From the NCBI RefSeq assembly GCF_001194135.2, contig NC_068984.1, forward strand, positions 14,100,693 to 14,164,692: DNA of 64,000 nt, given 5' to 3'. The DNA is from Octopus bimaculoides (Eukaryota). A program made the translations under genes and the position numbers. This document shows positions 13,197 to 25,649 of the stretch, piece after piece (the first letter of the stretch is position 1; each line of letters starts with the position of its first letter). The notes below the pieces were generated by a model, which saw only the letters and a list, made by a program, of their open reading frames with translations, was not told where the DNA came from and did not search any database.

Positions 13197-14280
13197 TATA
13201 CATGTGTGCATCTATATATATACACACATATGTATATACATATATATATTAATACATATATATATGAGTGTGTGTGTGTGTATGTGTATATATATATATA
13301 TATATGCATAGAAAAAATACTTAAGTCTGATATAAGAAGGCTACGCTTTGGGAATATTCTAATTCACTGCAAACAACATTTAGCGTTGGCTTGGAAGACG
13401 CTTAATGATGCGCACATGTGGTATTAAATTGTATTTAAAGGGGCAGCAGCTACATGTGAAAATATGTTTCAACCTAATAATCCTGCACCATCCCTATAAA
13501 TAAATGCAAGAAAAGCATATATACTCAGTAAGTATATATCTCCCTATCGACACCTCTTCCACTTCTGGTAGCGGAATATTCCATCGAACATAAATCGATT
13601 TGATTATAAAGAGATGGCGTTTCAGGCATTTAGTTTTATGGTAGATAAGTATGACCATTATGGTGAAGAAGTGTGTATTTCCTTAAACTGTTTTATCAGG
13701 CAATGAATAGCATTATATGAGGGTATTGATGGAATCTGTACCACGTTAATTATTGCGGGATAGAGTTCAGGTCATATATCTTAGAGAGAGCCTATCGTAA
13801 GATTCTAGACAAGTATTTAGCTGTTCTTGCTTTTGTGTTCACATGTTCCTGTGTTTTCTTCTTTCTCATCATTAGATTTATAATTGGAATCACTGTTATT
13901 GTCAGTTCGTTGCCTTTATCCTCTGAAATACAATAGCAGTTAAGACAGCTTGCAATTGCTATTTCCACTCATCGACATCAATGGGATAACTAATATCGTA
14001 CGTACGCTAGTAGAACTGGCGATAGGTTTTTAACCACAGCCATAAGACACACTTCATTCTTTATTCAGAATGCAGAATGCAGAATCAAAAGCAGCGCCAG
14101 CATGGCATGGATAGCAGTCTGAAATCCAGATGAACATCGATTAAGAAAGCCACTACAAATAACAGTCATCACGGCCAGCTAAAGCACCGACATTAATAGA
14201 AGTTTATAACAACAAAAGCAACGAGAATTACAGCAAAAACATCGACAACAATATCATCTATCATATTATCATTATCATTG

Positions 14281-14343
<63 letters not shown>

Positions 14344-14380
14344 AAAATAATGAAATTAAAAGAAGAAGAAGAAGAAGAAG

Positions 14381-14412
<32 letters not shown>

Positions 14413-14607
14413 GAAGAAGAAGAAGATGAAGAAGAAGAAGAAGAAGAAGAAGGAGAAGAAGAATGAACGAACAAATGAATGAATGAATGAAGGAACGAAC
14501 GAACGAACGAACGAACGAACGAGGGAACGAAGGAAGGAACGAACGAACGAACGAACGAAAGAAGGAACGAAAGAAGGAACGAAGGAAGGAACGAAGGAAG
14601 GAACGAA
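14281..14607. repeat. Compound (GTA)n, (GAA)n and (GAAT/GAAC/GAAG)n microsatellite block
   Basis: Direct inspection of the sequence. Confidence 0.97.
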
Positions 14608-14949
14608 TTCACATAAGACATAAGGTCAGTAATTTTGTGGGAAAGTATTAGTGATAGCAATAATTATTTCTGCAGGTCCCAGGCTTGGAAATTGAGTGTG
14701 AGAGGGCGGGGCTGGTCAATGAGACCCCATGCGTTGCAAGGTACTCGCAACTCATGGGTAACATCCAGTCCTGAGTTCAAATAAAAGCAAGGGTGAAACA
14801 CACGTAGGGACTAAATATTTGTGCTGCTCTTTATCCTAACTTCCACAACCTATGCTCTGTAGATCATAATTAGTAACACTGATTATAATAATGTTCGTCT
14901 AATCACTATCACTATTGATCGAAACAAGTAAAAACAAATTAAAATTAAA

Positions 14950-15407
14950 AGTCGCAGTTGCCATAAAACACATCGAATGGCGATTCGACGATTTCTCCTC
15001 AGAGCTGTACGCACATCTGCGATGTTTTTCTCAGTGCTGCTGGTTGTGGGTCTCCCAGAACTTTCGTCAATATTGACAATTTTTCGGCCACCTTGGAAGC
15101 ATCTGAAGCACTCGTACACTTATGTGCGACTCAAACACTCCTCTCTATACACCTTCTGCAGATTTGCGCAGGCCTCTGTGCAGGTTTCGCTCTGACATTT
15201 TTCTTTGTCATGGGCAATGCGACGATGACACACTACACACGTTCCTTCCAAGCATTGCTGTAAACAGCGGAAATGAGCTGGAACGTTAAAACTTACTGCT
15301 CATGCACAGGAGAGATCAAAGTCAATATTTTCCAAGCGGCTTTATTCTGCGTGCTTCAGCTTGGTTACTATGGCAACAGTCTGGATACTTATTGGTCAAA
15401 GCTCGTA
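14950..15407 (-). mobile_element. Truncated mariner transposon (5' TIR plus N-terminal HTH region)
   Basis: Minus strand starts TA|CGAGCTTTGACCAATAAGTATCCAGACT, a mariner-like TIR. Translation: ANLQKVYREECLSRT*VYECFRCFQGGRKIVNIDESSGRPTTSSTEKNIADVRTALRRNRRIAIR. Confidence 0.85.
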
Positions 15408-15439
15408 AGCGAGCTTACTTACCGTCGACTAAATCCCCT

Positions 15440-15558
15440 CGCAAAGCTTTAGTCGGTCTGAATGATTAGTAGAAGCCACTTTCCCAAATTGCCAAAGAGT
15501 AGGACTGAACCCGGAACCATGTGGTTTGTATGCAGGATTCTTATCACACAGCTACGCC
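15440..15558 (-). mobile_element. 5' fragment of SINE family A (degenerate)
   Basis: Minus strand GGCGTAGCTGTGTGATAAG...CCACATGGTTCCGGGTTCAGTCC...TTGGGAAAGTGGCTTCTAC. Confidence 0.7.
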
Positions 15559-16423
15559 AACGTCTAAAGAAATTTTTATTATTTCTGCTGAAAATAAACA
15601 GCAATAATCGTTATATATCCAACATTTTGTCTATCATGATATTAATGAAAGTTGATATATGAAATTCTTATTTGATGAGATAAAATTTAGAGGGTAGAAA
15701 GATAAATTTTATAGCGTTCATAATTTTATCAGCCTTCAAAACTGAAAGTCACACAATCCCATGCGAACTAACGTGGAAATCCCGTGGTAATCGCTTATCC
15801 TCTTACTTGTAGGAGAAGAAAATACACTGCAAATCATTCTGCGTCTTAAAACGAAATACTTGAAAAAATAAGACAAACGAAACAAGACATGATAGTTACG
15901 GCTGCAACGCAGTCTAATTTGTCTATCTCCAAATCTCTGACGCGCTACCTAAATAAAATCCAATCAATATCGTAGATATTGATGATCGCTGTAGAATAAA
16001 TGCAATCACTTGAAGTGCTGTCGTACAACTAGTCTCAATTTCCAGTAGAAGCTAATTAACTGGTCTTAGGCTGCTAATTTAGTTGGACAATGAATGTACG
16101 TCACAACTCACTATAAAGCCAAAGATAAAGGATTGTTAATCTTGTTTAAAATCCACAATATTATCGTGGATGTTATGATAAATAGCCACAATCTTTTATA
16201 TATACTGGAGACGAAGACATCAATGAGAATCACTGACAATATGTTTTATGGCGAGAACTAAAGGAGAGGTTAACGTGCCTGGAAAATTGCTTGGCGGCAT
16301 GTCTTCTAGTTTTACGTTTATATATATATTACAGGGTAATAAGAAATATTAGAAATTTCTACTACTAGTAGCCTAGCGTGTAAAAGAATTTAGTCAATAG
16401 ATTATATATTATTCCTATAAATG

Positions 16424-16655
16424 CAGTGTACATTTAAACACATAAGAGGTATCCATTTTAGTATACCTTACACGCTAGAAGGAACAAAGAAGTGCTGTCC
16501 TACAACTACTCTCAATTTCCACGAGATAGATGGTAGATTTTTTTATTTTTCATTCCCTTCGAAATTTTATCCCTAATAGTGGTTTGGATTTTAGCTGTTC
16601 CTTCTAGCGTGCCAGGAATCCTATGACGGATACCTCTTATGTCTTTAAATATACA

Positions 16656-16658
<3 letters not shown>
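16424..16658. mobile_element. Tc1-like MITE / long inverted repeat
   Basis: CAGTG...CACTG ends. Outer IR 16424-16454 vs 16628-16658 (29/31). Inner IR 16471-16486 vs 16596-16611 (16/16). Right flank is TA, left flank is TG. Confidence 0.6.
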
Positions 16659-16698
<40 letters not shown>

Positions 16699-17065
16699 NN
16701 NNNNNNNNNNNNNNNNNNNNNNNNNNNNNNNNNNNNNNNNNNNNNNNNNNNNNNNNNNNNNNNNNNNNNNNNNNNNNNNNNNNNNNNNNNNNNNNNNNNN
16801 NNNNNNNNNNNNNNNNNNNNNNNNNNNNNNNNNNNNNNNNNNNNNNNNNNNNNNNNNNNNNNNNNNNNNNNNNNNNNNNNNNNNNNNNNNNNNNNNNNNN
16901 NNNNNNNNNNNNNNNNNNNNNNNNNNNNNNNNNNNNNNNNNNNNNNNNNNNNNNNNNNNNNNNNNNNNNNNNNNNNNNNNNNNNNNNNNNNNNNNNNNNN
17001 NNNNNNNNNNNNNNNNNNNNNNNNNNNNNNNNNNNNNNNNNNNNNNNNNNNNNNNNNNNNNNNNN

Positions 17066-17101
<36 letters not shown>

Positions 17102-17160
17102 ACAGACAGACAGACCGACAGGTAAAGGGTACATTTATGGCAGTGATAGTTGGAGCATTG

Positions 17161-17390
17161 AGGCTGCGAGCTGGCAGAACCGTTAGCACGCCGGGCGAAA
17201 TGCTCAGCGATACTTCGTTTGCCGTTACGTTCTGAGTTCAAATTCCGCCGAGGTCGACTTTGCCTTTTATCTTTTCAGGGTCGATAAATTAAGTACCAGT
17301 TACGCACTGGGTCGATGTAATCGACTTAATCCCTTTGTCTCTCCTTGTTTGTCCCTTCTATGTTTAGCCCATTGTGGGCAGTAAAGATAA
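17161..17390 (+). mobile_element. SINE family B, monomer with tail 1
   Basis: GGCTGCGAGCTGGCAGAACCGTTAG...TTCTGAGTTCAAATTCCGCC...GGGTCGATAAATTAAGTACCAG...CCCTTTGTCTCTCCTTGTTTG tail. Confidence 0.88.
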
Positions 17391-17774
17391 CCGTCAGTCT
17401 GGATAAGCTTAATTTTTCAGAAAAAAAAAATCAACCAAATATTTGGACCATTACAAATACGAATATGTAAGCGGAACAGTAAAAATATGCAAGACATTTC
17501 TCAGGTTTAAAGCGTAACATTGTTTTTGTCATCTACATTACAAATATATATATTTTTTTAGAAACCAGCTCTTTCTTAAGAGGAGGGTCTTAAATACAGA
17601 AGAGACATGCATACATGTATGAGGGAATTATGCGGATAAACAAGTTAAATATATCAAATATTACAATTTGGGTATGAAATATAAAGTATAAGATATCTAT
17701 GTATGTACACATGCAAAACGAGAGAAATAAAAAAGTGGAGACTTTCCGACGGTGAATATTCAAGTGTAAATATA

Positions 17775-18177
17775 TAGGCGTAGCAGTGGCTGTGTGGTAA
17801 GTAGCTTGCCTACCAACCACATGGCTCCGGGTTCAGTCCCACAGCGTGGCACCTTGGGCAAGTGTCTTCTACTATAGCCACGTGCCGACCAAAGCCTTGT
17901 GAATGGATGTGGTAACGGAAACTGAAAGAAGCCCGGCCTTTATATATCTATATATGTATGTGTGTGTACATGTTTGTGTGTCTTTGTTTGTCCCCCCCCC
18001 ACATTGCTTAACAAACGATGGTGGTGTGTTTACGTCTCCGTAACTTCGCGGTTGGGCAAAAGAAACCGATAGAATAAATACTAGGCTTACAAGGAATAAG
18101 TCCTGGGTTCGATTTGCTCAACTAAAGGTGGTGCTCCAGCATGGCCGCAATCAAACAACTGAAACAAATAAAAGAAT
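17775..18177 (+). mobile_element. SINE family A, full length
   Basis: Homologous end to end with 11338-11789; internal microsatellite at about 17940-17987. Confidence 0.9.
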
Positions 18178-18419
18178 ATATACATATTTTCATATTTTGA
18201 TATTTCATTCCCAAAATATTACACATAACATCTCTAACTTGTTTATCCATATAATTTCCCTCCGCATCTGTTCAACTCGATCCCTCTTATAGTCATTCCA
18301 TACCCCGTTGAATTGACCTCCTGTAAAGACATCGGAGTCTACCTTTGAATCATTTGAGCATTACAAAGCGTTGTCTATACTNNNNNNNNNNTATATATAT
18401 ATATATATTTATTTATATG

Positions 18420-18474
<55 letters not shown>

Positions 18475-19649
18475 GAGGGAGAGAGAGAGAGAGAGGTGTG
18501 ATGATCTACTTTTAATATATATAGATTCCTTACTGTTCTTGAAGTGCTCTTTGTTTCATTTGGCAAACTGTGATTAATTGTCTTCGGTTTTTAAATTCAC
18601 TATTTCCCTACTTTTGAAATACTAGACTTCAAATTCCACGACTATCCATTTGCATTGCATTTTGAGATTTACTGCTCAGAGTACGCGTCACATCAACATT
18701 ATATATCAAATACAAATATATTCATAAGTCTCGTGAGGCATGGCCGAAATTTCACATTCAAAAATGTGTCACACTCTTGTCTCCATTATGAATAGATTTC
18801 GAGAAAATGATATTTCCCAGGGTGTATTTCGGAGAAATGTCTTAAAATTGTGCTCTATTTTTATCATTGCATTTCCTTGATCAATAAATAACATTACCAG
18901 CATCTTCCTTTTGATATGAACATTCTCTGAAACCAATTGATTTCTTGCAAGATTTTATTGCTTGCTGATATCTTAAAACAGCAACTTAATCTGTTATTTT
19001 TCTAGTATCTTATCACTTTAGGAGAGATTTCTCATGTACAACTGATATTTTGAAACCTTTCTTATGATAAAGATCACTTAACAACCGAAATATTTGCAAG
19101 AATCTATTAAAAAATCGACTTTGATGTTATTGTTAATGTTTCCGACATTAATTTGATTACTTCTAATCTTCCAAACTTGATCTAGTTTATTATTCCCTTA
19201 TTTCAATGTTTCCATTTTTCGTAATTATCCCCCAAACTTCTATTAGCATCCTCACAGAATTATATGCGATATGTTGCCATCATTAACCCTACTTTATTAT
19301 TAATAAATGTTTCATTATAGTGATAATGTTGTTATTTATGCTTCGTTTTACGGTGCATGGGAATCGTAAATGAAACGTGGGTCAACTATATCACTTTAAA
19401 CGATGTAACCGATATCGTCTTAACCAAACAACTCACTGTTGCCAAGTAATTTTTATATATAAAAACATCGTGAAGGCATCGCAACGTGATTTTCCAGCTT
19501 ACGAGAAATAACAGCACATTTTCTTTCATTCCTACCGCATCATCTTAAAAATGTATATCTTCAAGTAAACTGAACAATGCAGTCCATTCATTCACGGTGA
19601 CCCGAGAAATAAAATACCAAATTTACATTGCTGTAACACTTCTTCTATG

Positions 19650-20065
19650 GCCATCAGCTGGCAGAATCGTTTGCATGCCGAGCGAAATGCTTAGCGGTAT
19701 TTCGTCTGACGTTACGTTCTGCGTTCAAATTCCACCGAGGTTGACTTTGCCTCTTAACCTTTCGGGGTCGATAAATTAAGTACCAGTTACGGTCTGGGGG
19801 TCGATGTAATCGACTTCATCCCTTTGTCTATCCTTGTTTATCCCCTCTATGTTTAGCCCTTTGGGTGCAATAAAACAATAAGAATCGTTTGCACAACGGA
19901 AAAGATGCTTAGCCGCATTACTTCTGACTCTTTGCATTCTGAGTTCAAATCCTGACGAGGTTAGCTTTGATTTTCATCAATTCAGGGTTGTTGAAATAAA
20001 GTACATTTCAAGTACTGAAGGGAAGTAATCAACGTATTGCCTCTCCTCAAAACTCGACGGCCTTC
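19650..20065 (+). mobile_element. SINE family B dimer (tail-1 unit plus strongly diverged second unit)
   Basis: Two tandem units with the junction ...AATAAGAA|TCGTTTGC at 19884/19885. Confidence 0.8.
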
Positions 20066-20914
20066 AATCCTGTAACGGATCGGCGTTCCATTCAGAGGGT
20101 ATGTTGTAATCTTGATCTCATAAAAGGTCATTGAAACGAGATAACCGGCCTTATGGGAGCTAGGGCTAAGACGAATGTAAAATGCTTTTTATAATAGATT
20201 TACTCAATCATACCCGACCATGGGCTAAACAACATCCGTATTATAACAGCTCGTAGAACATTTATAAATTCTACGTAACATATTATGCGCAGCAGGAAAC
20301 TGTGTTGATGAGAAAAACATACGGAAAGTTAACTGGAAGAATAAGTAAGGAGATATTAATCATGATTTCGAGTAGAATGAACAATATTACGTGGTATAAA
20401 TTGGTATTTTATTGCAATGTAGCTTTGGTTTGATTGTACACTTCAGTATAAATATTAAATATATTACTTGCGGTTATGTATGATTATCATAAATACTACA
20501 TACATTAGAGACATTGCAAACCATTAAGCATCTAATACAGTATTGTGCCAACGATTTGGTATAATCCTTGGTGTGTCAGACAGATTTATATATTGTAGTA
20601 TTTGTTCCAGCTCTTCAGGTTTTGTGTTGAAGTTCCACCGAGATTAGCATTGCCTTTCAACCTTCCGAAGTTGTTAAGATATATTATATATTACTAGTTA
20701 AGAGTTCTAGATTGAAGGAATTGTCAGACATTGTACCAAGTAATTTGTAGTATTTGTTTCAAACTTTACGCTCCTATTTTCCATGAATAATTGACTTGTC
20801 TCTATCTAGACATCAAAAAGACATATTTGTATTCTCGCATGAAATTTGTCGACAAGTACTGTGAGGTTCAACACGGAAAAATATGTATCTGCAAATAACG
20901 ATAGCCATAACAAG

Positions 20915-21290
20915 TATTCTTTTCTACTCTTGGCATAAGCTCGAAATTTTGGGGGAGGTGGCCAGTCGATTAGATCGACCCCCGTACGCAAACGGTACTT
21001 AATTTATCGACCCCGAAAGGATGAAAAGCAGAGTCAACCTCGGCGGAATTTGAACTCAGAACGTAAAGACAAACGAAATACCGCTAAACATTTCGCCCGG
21101 CGTGTTGACGTTTCTTATTTCTTTATTGCCCACAAGGGGCTAAACTTAGAGGAGTAAACAAGGACAGAAAAAGGGATTAAGTCGATTACATCGACCCCAG
21201 TGCGTAACTGGTACTTAATTTATCGACCTCGAAAGGATGAAAGGCAAAGTCGATCTCGGCATGCTAACCTTTCTGCCAGGTCGCTGCCTT
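20915..21290 (-). mobile_element. SINE family B dimer with internal deletion in the first unit
   Basis: The reverse complement shows head, tail 1, junction AATAAGAA|ACGT near 21111, second unit and tail 2. Confidence 0.88.
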
Positions 21291-21676
21291 AGTCAATACA
21301 AATATTGGTAGGTTGTTTGGGTAGGTTGCATATGGAGTTTTTACACTCGCGCTTTGTATCGTAAAAGACAGAGAGAGAATAAAAACAAATAATAGGGTGA
21401 TAACATGAGACGTGCCCTTATAGGTAAACATACTTCGTTTGCTGGTAGGTAGTGCTTAAAAGGAATTTACACACGATGTGAAAGAAGGCTTCATGGTGAT
21501 AAAGGAATTGGAGGAAAAAGAGTAGATGACCGAGTTGGGATCGTAAGGTGTTATACAAATAAGAAATAGGGATTGTTAAATTTTTTGAATTTTTTTAATG
21601 TAATAAATGTTTTGGTTCTAAGAATAAGTAGTTATTTCATATTTTGAATAAGAACAAATAGAGCCAGAGTTCAGGA

Positions 21677-22277
21677 TTAAAGGCAGAGAGTGAAGGTTTC
21701 ATCTTAGCTGCTCAACATCAGAACTCATTGACCCAGAACTACCAAGTCAATGTGATAAAAAATTGCATTTTACGACAATGAGATTGAGACAGTGGACCAC
21801 TTGATGGTTCGATATAACGTTTTAGCACCAGTGGAGTATAAACCAAGACACGACAGATTTGGCCAATATCTACACTGTTCAAAACAGTTGACAAGTGGTA
21901 TAAACACCACCCGGAGGAAAATGGCGGAAAAAAAACAACTATTTTCTGGAACTTTTCAGTACATAGAGACAGTACCGCCAAAGTTAATAAACCGGATATT
22001 ATTGTGATAGGCCAAATGAATAAATTCTGTTTATTGATCAACATGAGTATTCCTTGTAATCGTAATATCTCGGCAAACGAATTTGACAAGCTCAGAAAAT
22101 ATAGGTTTGCTTATTCAAATCGAAAACATGTGGCATTACAAAACGGTTACAGTATCAATGATCGTAGGAGCAGTTGGGATGATGAAAAAATTAACTGAAA
22201 ATTATTTTAGCATCATCCGTGCAAAAGCTCTTTTAACTGATATGTCAGACATATTAAGAAAAGCCTTGTCGCTGTGA
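21677..22277 (+). mobile_element. R4/Dong-like non-LTR relic (zinc-knuckle region plus restriction-like endonuclease)
   Basis: Frameshifted translation: LKAESEGFILAAQHQ...ETVDHL...LAPVEYKPRHDRFGQYLH...NKPDIIVI...LINMSIPCNRN...MWHYKTVTVSMIVGAVG...ILRKALSL*. RHD and PD motifs of RLE-type elements are present. Confidence 0.85.
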
Positions 22278-23059
22278 GAATGATTAAGACACTCGTAATT
22301 TTTTTAAAATTTTGTTTTCTTTTCTCTCCCTTTTTGCTTTTGTTTATATTTTTTTCATATAACTTAATTTGTGTGTTCATTTCAATGGCCTATCAATGTA
22401 TACAGCGAGTTTCTTAGCTCTAGGTGTCAGAATGACACATCGAAAGAAATGGAAACGAAACTGGAAGAAAAACTCACATTAATAATAATTAAAAAAATAA
22501 CAACAGTAGACATAGTTCGAGTGAAAATATCTAGTGTAGTCATGACACAAGAGTACAAAGTAAAAAAAAAAACGAAGGAAAATGAAAGAAGAAGAATGTA
22601 CGAGTAGTTCCGAGAAAGGTGAGAAGGAAGAGAGATGAGGCTGGAAGGTGGCATCAGCTCAGTTTCAAAAAGTAAACAGAAGCACAGCAAAGGAATGAAC
22701 GGAAAATACACACACAAGATATGGACGTACTCATTCTTCGTCAGTTATCGTTCAAAAGCATCCTTAAAATTTCACCCCTTTAACGATAATATTGTTCATT
22801 TTTTTTTTTTTTTTTTTAAGGGGTCTGCAGAGAGAAAATGTTGCTATCAGTGAATGAACGCTGAGGGAAATGACGGAAACAAATGACATTGGTAGTGGTA
22901 CGAATATTAATATACAAAGCAAATAAAATATACAATATTCACAAAAATAAAGGCCGCGCAACTCTGAAACAAGGACAGGATAAGACGTGTGTATGAGTAA
23001 CGCAATGAAAAATGTCCCAGAGGACTGGAAACATAATGGCATATTTGTATGTGTGTATG

Positions 23060-23395
23060 TATGTATGTTATCAATCAGTTTCATTTCTGTATTTCTTGTC
23101 CATAGATTCAAGGCTCTTTCATTGGAACTTTTATCAACATCATATAGGTATTTGTGCATATGTGTGTGTGTGCAGTATTTGGTGTTAGTGTTTGCGCAGA
23201 TTTGTATGTTTGTTTTATGGTTGCGTTTTTATGTCTAGATGCATGCATATGTATTTATGTGCTAAATTTTGGGAAAGTTTTACATATCTTTACAGCTCCA
23301 TTGATGGCTTGAATCTGTAGTCTTCTAATCAGCCTTTTTCTTTCAGGTTTTGAGAACCCTAATTTTTCCAGGTTTTTGTTGAGGCAGTTCGTTGC
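23060..23395 (-). mobile_element. RLE-type non-LTR 3' end, copy 1 (5'-truncated)
   Basis: NCLNKNLEKLGFSKPERKRLIRRLQIQAINGAVKICK followed by a 3' UTR ending in (CATA)n; homologous to 23470-24240. Confidence 0.75.
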
Positions 23396-23469
23396 GTATG
23401 TATGTATGTATGTATGTATGCATGTATGTATGTATGTAAATATGTACGCATGTATGTATCCCTGTATAT

Positions 23470-23589
23470 ATGTATGTCATTATTCAGTTTATTTCTAGAT
23501 TCCTTGGCAATACAGAAAGAACCGCTTTCAGTCATTGGAATTTCGACATCAACAAGGGTGTTTTTAAAATTTATATATGTATGTATATG

Positions 23590-23621
<32 letters not shown>

Positions 23622-24240
23622 TGTACGTATGTATGTATGTATTTATGTATGTCTGTATGTATGAACGTATGTATGTATGTATGTATTTATGTATGTGCAG
23701 ATTTGTATGTTTTATGTATGTATTCTCATGCTCATAGTTGCAAATCCAGACATGCTCATATATATTTAAATGATAAACTTCTGGAAAGTTTTACAGATTT
23801 TTACAGTTCCAGTGTTGGATTGGATCTGCAATCTTCGAATTATCCTTTTTTTCTGGTTTTGAAAAGCCTAATTTCTCAATATTGATATCTAGGCAGTGAG
23901 CTACATATCCCAAGGCCCAAATAATTACAGGTATAAACATGAATGTGTAATCTGGATAGACTAACTGTAAGTTTCTCAATAGTTCAGCATAGGTGTTCTC
24001 TTTTTCACTGATTTTCAGCTTTATGTTGACATCCGCTGCGCAACTAATTTCCACAATTGTGCACAGTTTCTCTTTTCTATCCTAAATCATTATGTCGGGC
24101 CTGTTTTGCTTACATCTTATTGAGGTCTTCACCAGTATTCTTTCTTATTATTATGAGTAGCTATGGCTTCTACCATATCGTGGGTTCATATTTCTTTGTC
24201 CTTGGGATTATCCTTCCGACGTATTTTATTATATATATGC
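23470..24240 (-). mobile_element. RLE-type (R4/NeSL-like) non-LTR 3' end, copy 2
   Basis: NRPDIMI*DRKEKLCTIVEISCAADVNIKLKISEKENTYAELLRNLQLVYPDYTFMFIPVIIWALGYV...EKLGFSKPE shows the PD..E RLE motif. The 3' UTR contains a (CATA)n tract. Confidence 0.82.
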
Positions 24241-24263
24241 ATATATGTATCCCAAAACAACTA

Positions 24264-24309
<46 letters not shown>

Positions 24310-24613
24310 NNNNNNNNNNNNNNNNNNNNNNNNNNNNNNNNNNNNNNNNNNNNNNNNNNNNNNNNNNNNNNNNNNNNNNNNNNNNNNNNNNNNNNNNNNN
24401 NNNNNNNNNNNNNNNNNNNNNNNNNNNNNNNNNNNNNNNNNNNNNNNNNNNNNNNNNNNNNNNNNNNNNNNNNNNNNNNNNNNNNNNNNNNNNNNNNNNN
24501 NNNNNNNNNNNNNNNNNNNNNNNNNNNNNNNNNNNNNNNNNNNNNNNNNNNNNNNNNNNNNNNNNNNNNNNNNNNNNNNNNNNNNNNNNNNNNNNNNNNN
24601 NNNNNNNNNNNNN

Positions 24614-24644
<31 letters not shown>

Positions 24645-25142
24645 TTCCAATACACAGGTATTTCCATTGACGTATCGGTGGAATCGCTGGTCTTGGTCGT
24701 CGATGGCCCTAACGATTTTTGTCAAAACCATTCCTTTTCACTTCATTTACTTAATTCGGGACGTTGGGAAATGATGAACACCACGTGATTTAGTTCATCT
24801 ACCATACATAAAAATACTATTTTCGTTTGGTTGCCCTTCGTTCTTTTGTAATGAGCAATTATATTAATTACTCCTGTGACATAAACAGCATATTTAGTTT
24901 TACAAATTTCTACATTAATTATCAATATCTAGAAAACCTGACCAAATTTTAAAGCTATTAATTAATAAACTAAAATTATTGATTCCTAATAAAAATACAA
25001 AAAAATTTATATTCCTCCTCATAAACGAGAAATATTCAACCATAAAAAAATCATTAACCGAACATCTGCAAATTAGATTCTAAAGTTATGTGTACGATAA
25101 CTCGCACGCATGCATGTGTGACAGCGCATATTATGGGTAAAC

Positions 25143-25175
<33 letters not shown>

Positions 25176-25584
25176 CATATATATATATATAATTATAGGT
25201 TTGTATTTGTGTGTATGTGTCTATGCATATATAAGGATGCGTACGTTTGTATATGCGTATAGGGATTTCTACATGAGTATAAACAACGCAGTTGAATATG
25301 TAAAAGTTAGTTAAATTCTGCCCAAAAAGCGACCAGGAAACATTTTGTGTTATTTTTCACGTTAATTAAAATAATTAATTAATTAATTGAAAATACATTA
25401 AGCAAAGCATATCGCTGTGCATATACACGCACGCTCGATGTATTTCCAATATGGAAAAATTATTTTGTGTTTATTAACCTACATAAAGACTGATGAATAT
25501 AAATACAACCATACAAACAGATTCAGAGACAGACATAGATCTAGACAGATATATGAAATGTATGCGTATAATATATTTATTTAT

Positions 25585-25638
25585 TTATTTATTTATGTGT
25601 TTCAGCCAAGTGGCTGCGGTCATGCTGGTGCACCACCG
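25585..25638 (-). mobile_element. 3' terminal fragment of SINE family A
   Basis: Minus strand GGTGGTGCACCAGCATGACCGCAGCCACTTGGCTGAAAC. Confidence 0.6.
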
Positions 25639-25649
25639 TGTATATATAT

